From contig JAHWJO010000001.1 in NCBI GenBank assembly GCA_019348365.1, positions 1 through 36,139 of the forward strand: a DNA stretch of 36,139 bases, given 5' to 3'. Shown piece after piece: positions 1 through 10,228 of this stretch. The stretch's first letter is position 1, and each line of letters opens with the position of its first letter. The position numbers and the translations under genes were made by a program. This DNA comes from Armatimonadota bacterium (GTDB lineage Bacteria; Armatimonadota; DTGP01; JAHWJO01). The notes below the pieces were generated by a model. That model made no database searches. It was not told the DNA's origin and saw nothing but the letters and a program-made list of their open reading frames with translations.

Positions 1-106
1 GCATCAAGCTCAAACATCTCTACCCGTCAATGAAAGATTGACTGACTACTAGTGTACCCGGAATGGAGCGGATGAGACTCCCGCCTGCCCGGTCGGTTTT
101 CATCGT

Positions 107-135
107 TTGCCCGATCTCCCGAAAGGGAATATAAT
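107..135 (+). promoter_or_regulatory. candidate sigma70-type promoter: -35 TTGCCC (107-112), 17-nt spacer, -10 TATAAT (130-135)
   Basis: Read directly from the sequence. It has a perfect TATAAT hexamer, a TTG-containing -35 at canonical 17-nt spacing, and sits about 35 nt upstream of the radical-SAM start. Confidence 0.45.
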
Positions 136-145
136 AGTGGGTATG

Positions 146-157
146 GAACATATGTTC
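146..157. promoter_or_regulatory. candidate LexA operator (Cheo-type SOS box), GAACATATGTTC
   Basis: Perfect 12-bp palindrome matching the GAAC-N4-GTTC core of the CGAACATATGTTCG consensus. It lies between the -10 hexamer and the GGAGG/ATG of a DNA-repair-type radical SAM gene. Confidence 0.45.
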
Positions 158-170
158 TATGGAGGCGGAA

Positions 171-1022
171 ATGGGACGGGTAGAGATCACGGAAATCCAG
201 TCGAGCGGCATCCTCACTCCCCTGAAGAAGGGGAACCCGATGAACTACGACTTCAGCCTGAACCCGTATGTCGGCTGCGCGTTCGGGTGCTCGTACTGCT
301 ACGTGCGGCGCATGCAGCACGGCGACGATGCCGGGGAGAAAGCGGCGACGTGGGGAGATTGGGTAAAGATCAAGGCCAACGCCGTCGCGCTGCTGCAAAA
401 GTCATGGCGGCGGCTGTACGGCAAGAAGATCCTCCTCGGTTCCGCCACCGACCCGTACCAGCCCGTCGAGCGCCGGGCGGGGCTCACCCGCGCGCTCCTC
501 GAATCGCTGGTGATGGCGTACCCGGAGCGCATCCACATTCTCACCCGCAGCCCCCTCGTCACCCGCGACATCGAGGTGTTCCACCGCTTCGGGGATGCCT
601 TTTCGGTCGGCGTTTCCATCCCCACCGATGACGATTCTGTACGGAAGGTCTTCGAGCCCTCCGCGCCCTCCATCCCGCAGCGATTGGCGGCTCTGTCCAC
701 GCTTCATGAGGCGGGGATCCGCACCACCGTCAACATCGCCCCGATCCTCCCCTGCTATCCTTCGCGGCTGGGGGCGCTGATCCGGGGACGCGCCGATCAT
801 TACTGGGTGGATGCCATGCGCTACCACTGGTACGATAAAGAGATGGCCGCCCGGTATCGAACGCACGGCTGGGACCGCTGGCTGAACCCCGACCTTGATG
901 CGGTCCGCCGGGAGATCCGGCAGGCCTGGGAAGGGGCTCCCGATCCGGCGGATCTGAATTCTACCTCCCGGACCCGGCAGATTCCACTCATGCATGACGC
1001 GGCTCTGCCAGCGACGGCCTGA
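171..1022 (+). CDS. radical SAM protein, SplB-like / Rv2578c-family (COG1533 DNA repair photolyase-like)
   Basis: ORF 159..1022. The CxxxCxxC motif in NPYVGCAFGCSYCY is typical of this family. Start set to ATG 171 because GGAGG (161-165) lies 5 nt upstream; ATG 159 is the alternative. Confidence 0.85.
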   Translation: MGRVEITEIQSSGILTPLKKGNPMNYDFSLNPYVGCAFGCSYCYVRRMQHGDDAGEKAATWGDWVKIKANAVALLQKSWRRLYGKKILLGSATDPYQPVERRAGLTRALLESLVMAYPERIHILTRSPLVTRDIEVFHRFGDAFSVGVSIPTDDDSVRKVFEPSAPSIPQRLAALSTLHEAGIRTTVNIAPILPCYPSRLGALIRGRADHYWVDAMRYHWYDKEMAARYRTHGWDRWLNPDLDAVRREIRQAWEGAPDPADLNSTSRTRQIPLMHDAALPATA

Positions 1023-1087
1023 AACTTCAGGATGAGGTTTCAGCGATAGAACCTATGCAAAGACTCCTTCCCGATTCCCTCTGACTC

Positions 1088-1208
1088 TCTTCCATGTCAT
1101 CCGACTCCCTTCCCTGTCATTCCGAGCACAGCGAGGAATCTGACCTCAAGGACGAGAGACTCTCTCCCGTACAGTCAGATCCCTCGCTGACGCTCGGGAT
1201 GACATGGG
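1088..1208. repeat. palindromic intergenic repeat, copy 1 of the family with gtcattccgagc...gaggaatc / gatccctcgc...gctcgggatgac arms
   Basis: Left arm ctgtcattccgagcacagcgaggaatctgac pairs with right arm gtcagatccctcgctgacgctcgggatgacatgg. The upstream half-site ccatgtcatccgac is duplicated. A second copy lies at 26157..26381. Confidence 0.8.
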
Positions 1209-1313
1209 AGAGTGTCAATCCGCTCCGGAAGTCAAAAGCCGAGAGGGGGTGCGTCAGTCCTGATCGATCAAAGCGGTTTCCCTACGGCGATCACCGCTCC
1301 CGGCACATAATAA

Positions 1314-3434
<2,121 letters not shown>

Positions 3435-3437
<3 letters not shown>

Positions 3438-3703
3438 TGAATGGGACACGGAGCTTCGCTGCGCTCGCTACACGGAAACCCCAGGAAACCCCGGATACCC
3501 CCTGAACCCCTGACCAGATGACAAGATGAATGGGTGAGGGAGTTCATCTGCGTTCATCCGTGTTCATCTGTGATTCCATCGGGTTTTTTGTGGTCTTCGT
3601 GTCCTTCGTGTCCTTCATGGTTCAAAAGGGGTTCAGGGGGTATCCGGGGTTTCCTGGGGTTTCCGTGTAGCGAGCGCAGCGAAGCTCCGTGTCCCATTCA
3701 TCA
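3435..3703. repeat. very long perfect inverted repeat (arms 3435-3511 and 3627-3703) around a 115-nt centre carrying two tandem-repeat blocks
   Basis: By manual reverse-complementing, 3438-3510 equals the reverse complement of 3628-3700 with no mismatch, and the match extends to about 77 bp. The centre has gttcatc[t/c]g[c/t] x3 (3542-3571) and gtc(c)ttcgt-like x3 (3593-3618). The left arm starts at the ligA TGA. The right arm ends 6 nt before ATG 3710. Confidence 0.9.
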
Positions 3704-3709
3704 ACGAAT

Positions 3710-4888
3710 ATGAACCGAGACGTTCTCATCATCGGCGCAGGGATCATCGGGTGCGCGGCCGCGTATGAGGCCGCGAAGCGGGGACTCTCCGTGGCTATCC
3801 TGGAGCGGGGGGAGCCGGGCTCGGGCGCGTCCGGCGTGGGAGGCGGGTTCCTCAGCCTCGCCACGAAGAAGCCCGGACCTCACCGGGACCTCGCACGGGC
3901 TTCCGCGCGCCTCTACGAGACTCTGGAGGAGGCGCTCGGCCCGTCTGCACCCCTCGGTTATCGAAAGAACGGCAGCCTGATCTTCGCGGAAGGGGAATCC
4001 GATCTCGTTCATCTGGAGAACCTGGTACGGCAGAGCAGGGAATCGGGGGTCCGGGTGCTGCGGCTTTCCCCGGAGGAGACGGTTCAACGAGAACCGGGGC
4101 TCTCCCCCCATCTGGCGGGCGCGCTCCTCTTCCCGGAGGATGCCGAGGTCTTCCCGATTCGCGTACTGAACGCCTATCGTGAGGCCGGAGAGCGTTGGGG
4201 AGTGCGGTTCCACAGCCATACCGACGTTCAGTCTGTGAATCGGCGTGCGGATGTGTGGGAAGTGATCACAACGGAGGGCGAATTTTGCGCCCCGCATATC
4301 GTGATTGCCGCCGGGGCGTGGTCGGGGGTGGTCGGCAACCTCTTTCACATCGAAATTCCGGTGCGGCCCCGACGGGGGCAGGCGATACTGGTCCCGATGG
4401 AGGAGCGCCGGATTCATCGCCCGATGCTCTCGGCGGGGTATTACGGCGCGAAGCATGAGGGCGATTCCCCTTCAGGGTTGCAGCTCAGCCTGTGGCATCG
4501 CCCGGACGGGATGCTGTACGTTGGCGGCACACGGGAGTGGACCGGGTTCGATCCCGAACCGGACGCACGCGCTTTGGAAGAGATCCGCCGCCGCGCTGAG
4601 AGAGTTCTTTCTGACATGAGCGCCGCACCAACAGGATCGCTCATCGTGGGGTTCCGGCCCTCTTCCTTGACGGGACTGCCTCTTCTTGGGCCGGTAACGG
4701 ATCGTCCGGGGCTGTTCCTCGCGACGGGCCACGAGGGGGACGGCATCAGCCTCGCCCCGATCACCGGGAAACTCCTCGGCGAATGCTTGGCGGGGGAGTC
4801 CCCTTCGCTGAACCTGGAACCGTTCGCGCTTCCCCGCGCAGAGGGAGTGCGAGGGGATCGGCTTCCCAACCCGCAGGGTTCTGTGTGA
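3710..4888 (+). CDS. FAD-dependent oxidoreductase, DAO family (glycine/D-amino-acid oxidase-like)
   Basis: N-terminal dinucleotide-binding motif VLIIGAGIIGCAAAYEAAKRG and DAO-like length and layout. ATG 3710 chosen because the ORF-track start at 3689 (GTG) lies inside the inverted repeat. Confidence 0.8.
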   Translation: MNRDVLIIGAGIIGCAAAYEAAKRGLSVAILERGEPGSGASGVGGGFLSLATKKPGPHRDLARASARLYETLEEALGPSAPLGYRKNGSLIFAEGESDLVHLENLVRQSRESGVRVLRLSPEETVQREPGLSPHLAGALLFPEDAEVFPIRVLNAYREAGERWGVRFHSHTDVQSVNRRADVWEVITTEGEFCAPHIVIAAGAWSGVVGNLFHIEIPVRPRRGQAILVPMEERRIHRPMLSAGYYGAKHEGDSPSGLQLSLWHRPDGMLYVGGTREWTGFDPEPDARALEEIRRRAERVLSDMSAAPTGSLIVGFRPSSLTGLPLLGPVTDRPGLFLATGHEGDGISLAPITGKLLGECLAGESPSLNLEPFALPRAEGVRGDRLPNPQGSV

Positions 4889-4996
4889 AAATCCCGATAA
4901 TGAAGAGGGTTTTGCAACTCCTCGTTGAACCGAGTGTTGCTTTCCGTTATCCCATAGAGTAGAAGCGCTCCTGCTTCCTGTTCGGAAAGGGAATCG

Positions 4997-6274
4997 ATGC
5001 AAACGTATTCATTTTCTAATATCAAAAGTGTGGCCCGGTGGATCGTGCCGTCGATGCTGGCGCTGGCGGTGCTGCCGGGGTGTCAGCCGCCGCCCCAGCA
5101 AACCACCAACGCCGGTAACGCGCCGGCTACCCCGACGGCCCAGGGGACCCCGACCACCGGAGGGGCCTCCACCGAAGGGAATCAAGCTCCGACGACGGGG
5201 GACATCCCCATCGGGGAGTACAACGGCCTGACGGGCGAGACGGCGGGCTTCGGGAAGACCACTCACAACGGGATCGTCCTCGCGGTGGAGGAGATCAACG
5301 CCGCCGGGGGGATCAACGGGCGCAAGCTCAAGCTCTTCACCCTAGACGACGAGAGCAAGCCGGAGAAGGTCCCGCCGGTCGTCACCAAGCTGATCACGCA
5401 GAACGATGTCGTGGCGGTACTTGGCGAAGTGGCGAGCTCCCGCACCATCGCGGCGGCTCCCGTCGTGGATCGGTACGGCGTCCCGATGATCAGCCCCTCC
5501 TCCACCAACACGGCGGTGACGGTGACTCCCAACGGGAACATCCGCGATTACGTCTTCCGGGTCTGCTACATCGACCCGTTCCAGGGCGAGGCGATGGCGA
5601 AGTTCCTCCACGATACCAAAGGCCTGAAGCGCGTGGCGATCTTCCGCAACATCAAGGAAGATTACAGCAAAGGCCTCGCCGATGCGTTCATGAAGACGTT
5701 CACAGAGAAGGGCGGCACGATCACGACGGATAAATCCTACTCCACGGGCGACCGGGACTTCCGGGCGCAGTTGACCGCCATCAAGGCGAGCAATCCGCAG
5801 GCCGTCTTCGTGCCGGGGTACTACTCCGAGGTCGGCCTGATCGCGCGGCAGGCGAAGGAGATCGGGCTGAACGCTCCCCTCGCCGGGGGAGACGGCTGGG
5901 ACGACCCTTCCATCGCCAACCTCCCGGCCATCCAGGGCAGCTACATCACGAACCACTACTCGATGGACAGCAAGGACCCTCGCTCGGCCAACTTCGTCGC
6001 CGCGTACAAGAAGCGGTTCGGGCAGGCTCCGAACGCCCTCTCCGCCCTCGGCTACGATGCGACGAAGCTCCTCGCCGACGCGATGAAGCGGGCCAAATCC
6101 CTCAACGGCGGCGACCTACGAGATGCTATCGCGGAGACGAAGAACTTCCCCGGCGTCACCGGCGACATCACCATCAACGACCAGCACAACGCGGTCAAGC
6201 CCGCCGTCGTCCTCCAATACCAGAACGGCAAGCAGGTGCTCGTGGATACGATCCAGCCGGCGGCATCTTCTTAG
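4997..6274 (+). CDS. branched-chain amino acid ABC transporter substrate-binding lipoprotein (LivJ/LivK-like)
   Basis: Signal peptide with lipobox LPGC, then a T/P/G/Q-rich linker, then a type-I periplasmic binding fold sequence (GLTGETAGFG..., VLGEVASS..., GGDGWDD). It is followed by livHMGF. Confidence 0.88.
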   Translation: MQTYSFSNIKSVARWIVPSMLALAVLPGCQPPPQQTTNAGNAPATPTAQGTPTTGGASTEGNQAPTTGDIPIGEYNGLTGETAGFGKTTHNGIVLAVEEINAAGGINGRKLKLFTLDDESKPEKVPPVVTKLITQNDVVAVLGEVASSRTIAAAPVVDRYGVPMISPSSTNTAVTVTPNGNIRDYVFRVCYIDPFQGEAMAKFLHDTKGLKRVAIFRNIKEDYSKGLADAFMKTFTEKGGTITTDKSYSTGDRDFRAQLTAIKASNPQAVFVPGYYSEVGLIARQAKEIGLNAPLAGGDGWDDPSIANLPAIQGSYITNHYSMDSKDPRSANFVAAYKKRFGQAPNALSALGYDATKLLADAMKRAKSLNGGDLRDAIAETKNFPGVTGDITINDQHNAVKPAVVLQYQNGKQVLVDTIQPAASS

Positions 6275-6277
6275 CCC

Positions 6278-6520
6278 AAAGTCAAAGGTCTAAAGTCAAA
6301 GGTCTAAAGTCGCCCTCACCCCCGGCCCCTCTCCCAATTCTGGGAGAGGGGTGACTATGACGGTCACGAATTCCTTCGGAGGAAGGTTCTAAAAAAATTG
6401 TGTGGAGCAGTACCGATAGGAATTCCGTACTGATCCGATCCTCCCCCTCAGTGTACCTCGTCAGATCCCCTCTCCCAGGATTGGGAGAGGGGCCAGCGCG
6501 AAGCGCGGGGGGTGAGGGCG
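6278..6520. repeat. composite repeat in the SBP-livH spacer: 14-nt tandem (aaagtcaaaggtct x2.5) plus two inverted copies of a gccctcacccc...cccctctccca-N4/5-tgggagagggg unit
   Basis: Tandem at 6278-6312. The left unit (6312-6351) and right unit (6467-6520) are reverse complements of each other. Each contains its own cccctctccca/tgggagagggg hairpin. Confidence 0.8.
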
Positions 6521-6566
6521 CGTTCACCTCCTGAACCCGTATATGCAAATCACATAGCACACACCT

Positions 6567-7466
6567 ATGCAGGAATTCCTCCAACAGGTCATCAACGGCA
6601 TCGCGTGGGGCGGCGTCTACGCCCTCATCGCTCTCGGGTACACGATGGTGTACGGGGTGCTCCGGCTCATCAATTTCGCCCATGGCGACGTGTACATGTT
6701 CGGGGCATTCATGGCGTTCTACGCCTCGATGTGGATCGGGCCACGCGTGACCGGAGTGGGAGGCGTTGTCCTGGTGATCCTGTTCGCCATCCTGGCCTCC
6801 GTCGCGCTGGGGGTCGTGATCGAGCGGTTTGCTTACCGACCCGTCCGCCACCACCCCCGCCTGACCGCGCTCATCACCGCCATCGGCGTGTCGCTGCTGC
6901 TGGAGAACGGGGGCCAGCAGGTCTTCGGGGCGGACCCCCAGCCCTTCCCCTCCCTCTTCGGGTCCGCCGAACCGATCCAGATCGGCGGGCTCATCATCGT
7001 CCGGTCCATCGTCTACATTCTCGTCTGCACGACGGCGCTGCTTCTGCTCCTCCAGTACATCGTGATGTATACCCGGTTCGGGAAAGCCATGCGGGCGATC
7101 TCGCAGGACCCGACGGCGGCGGCCCTGATGGGCATCAACATCGACAACGTCATCACCGCGACGTTCGCGCTCGGATCGGCGCTGGCGGCGGCGGCGGGGC
7201 TCCTCGTCGCCTCTTACAACCCCCAGATCGACCCGTATATGGGCCTGCTACCGGGCCTCAAGGCGTTCGCGGCGGCGGTCGTCGGGGGGATCGGGAGCAT
7301 CCCCGGCGCGGTGATCGGCGGGCTGGTGCTCGGGCTGGCGGAGGTGTTCGTCGGCGCGTCGGCGTACGGCGACTGGCGCGAGGCCATCGCGTTCGCACTC
7401 CTCATCGTTATCCTGCTCGTGAAGCCCAGCGGGCTCCTGGGCACGGGAATCGTGGAGAAGGTTTGA
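6567..7466 (+). CDS. livH: branched-chain amino acid ABC transporter permease LivH
   Basis: 299 aa. The N-terminus MQEFLQQVINGIAWGGVYALIALGYTMVYG is highly LivH-like. Multi-pass hydrophobic profile. Confidence 0.92.
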   Translation: MQEFLQQVINGIAWGGVYALIALGYTMVYGVLRLINFAHGDVYMFGAFMAFYASMWIGPRVTGVGGVVLVILFAILASVALGVVIERFAYRPVRHHPRLTALITAIGVSLLLENGGQQVFGADPQPFPSLFGSAEPIQIGGLIIVRSIVYILVCTTALLLLLQYIVMYTRFGKAMRAISQDPTAAALMGINIDNVITATFALGSALAAAAGLLVASYNPQIDPYMGLLPGLKAFAAAVVGGIGSIPGAVIGGLVLGLAEVFVGASAYGDWREAIAFALLIVILLVKPSGLLGTGIVEKV

Positions 7467-7495
7467 AATCCGCCGCCGCTCACACCATTCACACC

Positions 7496-8572
7496 ATGAT
7501 CAGCTGGCTCCTCAAAGCCGTCTGGATCGCCGGGACGATCCTGGTGCTGCTCGCGCTCCAGCCTCTCCTCCAGAGCGGCGCGATTATCGACCCGTACTGG
7601 TTCCGCATCCTGCTCCTGATGGGAATCAACGTCACCCTGGCGGTAAGCCTCAACCTGATCAACGGCTTCTGCGGCCAGTTCTCCATCGCCCACGCGGGTT
7701 TCATGGCGGTCGGCGCGTACACGTCGTCGTACTTCACCCTCCACGCGCTCTACACCCCCGTCCGCAACCTCTCTTTCGCCCAGCAGGCGACCTGGATGAT
7801 CGGCGCGCTGCTCGTCGGGGCCGTGACCGCCGGAATCGCCGGTTTCATTGTCGGCATCCCCTCGCTGCGGCTGCGGGGGGACTACCTCGCCATCGCAACG
7901 CTCGGCTTCGGGGAGATCATCCGCGTCGCCATCCTGAACATCGAAGAGGTCGGCGGCGCGAGCGGCCTGTCGGACATTCCGCCCCTCTCCAGCTTCTTCT
8001 GGATCTGGCTCATCGCGCTCATGACCATCGCCCTCTCGCGGAACCTGCTCGTCTCCTCGCATGGACGAGCGGTGCTCGCCGTGCGGGAGGACGAGATCGC
8101 GGCGGAGGCGCTCGGGGTCCCCACCACCAAATATAAGGTGATCGTCTTCGCGTTCAGCTCGGCGCTGGCGGGAATGGCGGGGGTCCTGGCCGCCCACCTG
8201 GACCTGTCGATCTATCCCAGCTCGTTCACGTTCCTCCGCTCCATCGAAATCATCGTCATGGTCATCCTCGGCGGATTGGGCAGCACCACGGGCGCGGTGC
8301 TCGGGGCGGCGCTGGTGACGCTGCTGCCGGAGGGACTGCGCTACGTCCCGGCCTTCACCGTGCGGGGCTACGTCGTCGAGATGCAGGCCTGGCGGATGGT
8401 GATCTATTCCCTGCTGCTCATCGTGCTGATGCTGACCCGCCCGCGCGGGCTCCTCGGCGGGATGGAATGGAGCTGGCACGGACTCTCCCGCATCGGCGGG
8501 CGATGGTTCCGGGGCCGCCCCTCCGACCGGAACCTGCCCCCCGAGGAGCAGGGCGAGGGGGATCTGCTGTGA
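7496..8572 (+). CDS. livM: branched-chain amino acid ABC transporter permease LivM
   Basis: Distal part of ORF 6512..8572, from ATG 7496 (MISWLLKAVW...). Contains the LivM-like motif GQFSIAHAGFMAVGAYT. The part upstream of 7496 overlaps livH out of frame and is Arg/Pro/Gly junk. Confidence 0.88.
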   Translation: MISWLLKAVWIAGTILVLLALQPLLQSGAIIDPYWFRILLLMGINVTLAVSLNLINGFCGQFSIAHAGFMAVGAYTSSYFTLHALYTPVRNLSFAQQATWMIGALLVGAVTAGIAGFIVGIPSLRLRGDYLAIATLGFGEIIRVAILNIEEVGGASGLSDIPPLSSFFWIWLIALMTIALSRNLLVSSHGRAVLAVREDEIAAEALGVPTTKYKVIVFAFSSALAGMAGVLAAHLDLSIYPSSFTFLRSIEIIVMVILGGLGSTTGAVLGAALVTLLPEGLRYVPAFTVRGYVVEMQAWRMVIYSLLLIVLMLTRPRGLLGGMEWSWHGLSRIGGRWFRGRPSDRNLPPEEQGEGDLL

Positions 8573-9429
8573 GCCGACGACAGGGATCGGGGATCAGGGA
8601 TCCGGGGTCGGGGGTCGGGGACCAGGAGCCAGGGGTCAGGGATCGGGGAAATCCCGGTGCTCTCCTGCGGCTGGAGAGTTGCACGCGGGCTTTCGGCGGT
8701 CTGGTGGCGATGAAGGACGTGGACCTGGAGGTTCATCCGGGGGAGCTGGTCGGCCTCATCGGGCCGAACGGGGCCGGGAAGACGACCGTGTTCAACGTCA
8801 TCACCGGCATTTACGAGCCGACCGCCGGGAAAGTCCTCTTCGACGGGAAGGACATCAGCGGGCGGAAACCCCATCAGGTCGCCAGGGCGGGCATCAGCCG
8901 CACCTTCCAGAACATCCGACTCTTCCGCGCGCTTTCGGTGATGGACAATGTACGGATCGCGCTGCACCTGCGGCACCGCCACTCGTTCCCGGCGGCGCTG
9001 TTCCGCACCCCCGGCGTCGCGAATGAGGACCGTGCCCAGACGGAAGAAGCCCACCGGCTGCTGGAGGCGCTGGACCTCGGACATTTGAGCGGGGAGGCGG
9101 CGGGGTCCCTGCCCTACGGCGAGCAGCGTCGGCTGGAGATCGCCCGCGCGCTGGCGACTCACCCCCAACTGCTGCTGCTCGACGAGCCCGCCGCCGGGAT
9201 GAACGATCAGGAGACGGACCGCCTGATGGAGATCATCCGGGAGATCCGCCGGGTATTCGGCGTGACGATCCTCCTGATCGAGCACGACATGGGGCTGGTG
9301 ATGGGCATCTGCGAGCGGATCTACGTCCTCGATTACGGCGAGGTGATCGCGGCGGGACTTCCCGAAGAGATCCGCGCCGATCCCAAAGTCATCGAAGCCT
9401 ACCTCGGCGTTGAAAATGATGAGTTATGA
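8569..9429 (+). CDS. livG: branched-chain amino acid ABC transporter ATP-binding protein LivG
   Basis: Walker A GPNGAGKTT, signature LPYGEQRRLEIARAL, Walker B LLLLDEPAAG. The only canonical in-frame start upstream of the conserved LLRLES... is GTG 8569, which overlaps the livM stop as GTGA. That start gives an N-terminal extension of about 25 aa encoded by the G-rich repeat, so the start is uncertain. Confidence 0.85.
   Translation: MSRRQGSGIRDPGSGVGDQEPGVRDRGNPGALLRLESCTRAFGGLVAMKDVDLEVHPGELVGLIGPNGAGKTTVFNVITGIYEPTAGKVLFDGKDISGRKPHQVARAGISRTFQNIRLFRALSVMDNVRIALHLRHRHSFPAALFRTPGVANEDRAQTEEAHRLLEALDLGHLSGEAAGSLPYGEQRRLEIARALATHPQLLLLDEPAAGMNDQETDRLMEIIREIRRVFGVTILLIEHDMGLVMGICERIYVLDYGEVIAAGLPEEIRADPKVIEAYLGVENDEL
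8573..8655 (+). repeat. G-rich degenerate tandem repeat (gggatcgg / ggggtcgg / ggggtcagg units)
   Basis: Read directly: gatcggggatcagggatccggggtcgggggtcggggaccaggagccaggggtcagggatcgggg. It has many GGG/GGGG tracts on the sense strand. I found no reverse-complement partner. Confidence 0.75.
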
Positions 9430-9506
9430 AAGAGTAACTCTCATGCATAAATCTTTCATCTGGCTATGGGCAGTTTTTTTTCATCCTTCATCACTCATAA
9501 CTCATC
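9418..9506. repeat. inverted repeat bridging the livG stop and the livF start (gatgagttatga / tcataactcatc)
   Basis: 12-bp perfect arms at 9418-9429 (the last livG codons plus TGA) and 9495-9506 (7 nt before the livF ATG). There is an inner hairpin gagtta-N8-taactc, a T9 run, and tcatcc/tcatca/tcataa reiteration. Confidence 0.7.
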
Positions 9507-9512
9507 CTTCTT

Positions 9513-10223
9513 ATGAGCTTTCTTCAGGTCGATAATCTGGTGACGCGCTACGGGGCGATCACGGCGCTGCAGGGGGTGAGCCTTCGTGTGGAGGAGGGCG
9601 AGATCGTCACCCTGATCGGGGCGAACGGGGCGGGCAAAACGACCCTCCTCCGCACCCTCTCCGGCATCCTGCGCCCGGCGACCGGAGCCATCACGTTCCG
9701 GGGCGAGAACATCACTCCGTGGCAAACGGACCGGATCGTGCGAGCGGGGATCGTCCAAAGCCCGGAGGGGCGGCTCGTCTTCCGGGGCATGTCCGTCCGC
9801 GAGAACTTGCAGCTTGGGGCCTACACCCGCCGGGACCGCGACGAGATCGCGAAAGACATGGGCCACGTCTTCGAGTTGTTCCCTCGCCTGAAGGAACGCC
9901 TGAACCAGTCCGCCGGAACCCTCTCCGGCGGGGAGCAGCAGATGCTCGCTATCGGGCGGGCGCTGATGTCCCGGCCCAAACTCCTCATGCTCGACGAGCC
10001 CTCCCTCGGGCTCGCCCCGCTGCTCGTCCGGGAGATCTTCCGTATCGTCGAGGAGATCAACCGCGAGGGCGTGACGGTGCTGCTGGTGGAGCAGAACGCA
10101 CGTCAGGCTCTCGCCATCGCCCACCGGGGCTACGTGCTGCAAACGGGGCAGGTCGTGATGGAGGACACGGCGGCGGCGCTGGCCCAAAACGAAGTGGTGA
10201 GAAAAGCCTATCTGGGTGGGTAA
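9513..10223 (+). CDS. livF: branched-chain amino acid ABC transporter ATP-binding protein LivF
   Basis: 236 aa. Walker A GANGAGKTT, signature LSGGEQQMLAIGRAL, Walker B LLMLDEPSLGL. Confidence 0.92.
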   Translation: MSFLQVDNLVTRYGAITALQGVSLRVEEGEIVTLIGANGAGKTTLLRTLSGILRPATGAITFRGENITPWQTDRIVRAGIVQSPEGRLVFRGMSVRENLQLGAYTRRDRDEIAKDMGHVFELFPRLKERLNQSAGTLSGGEQQMLAIGRALMSRPKLLMLDEPSLGLAPLLVREIFRIVEEINREGVTVLLVEQNARQALAIAHRGYVLQTGQVVMEDTAAALAQNEVVRKAYLGG

Positions 10224-10228
10224 GAGAT

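Noticed and set aside
6512-7495. Upstream 328 codons of the 686-aa ORF that ends as livM.
   Set aside because: It overlaps livH in another frame with low-complexity R/P/G content. The recognisable LivM sequence begins at ATG 7496.
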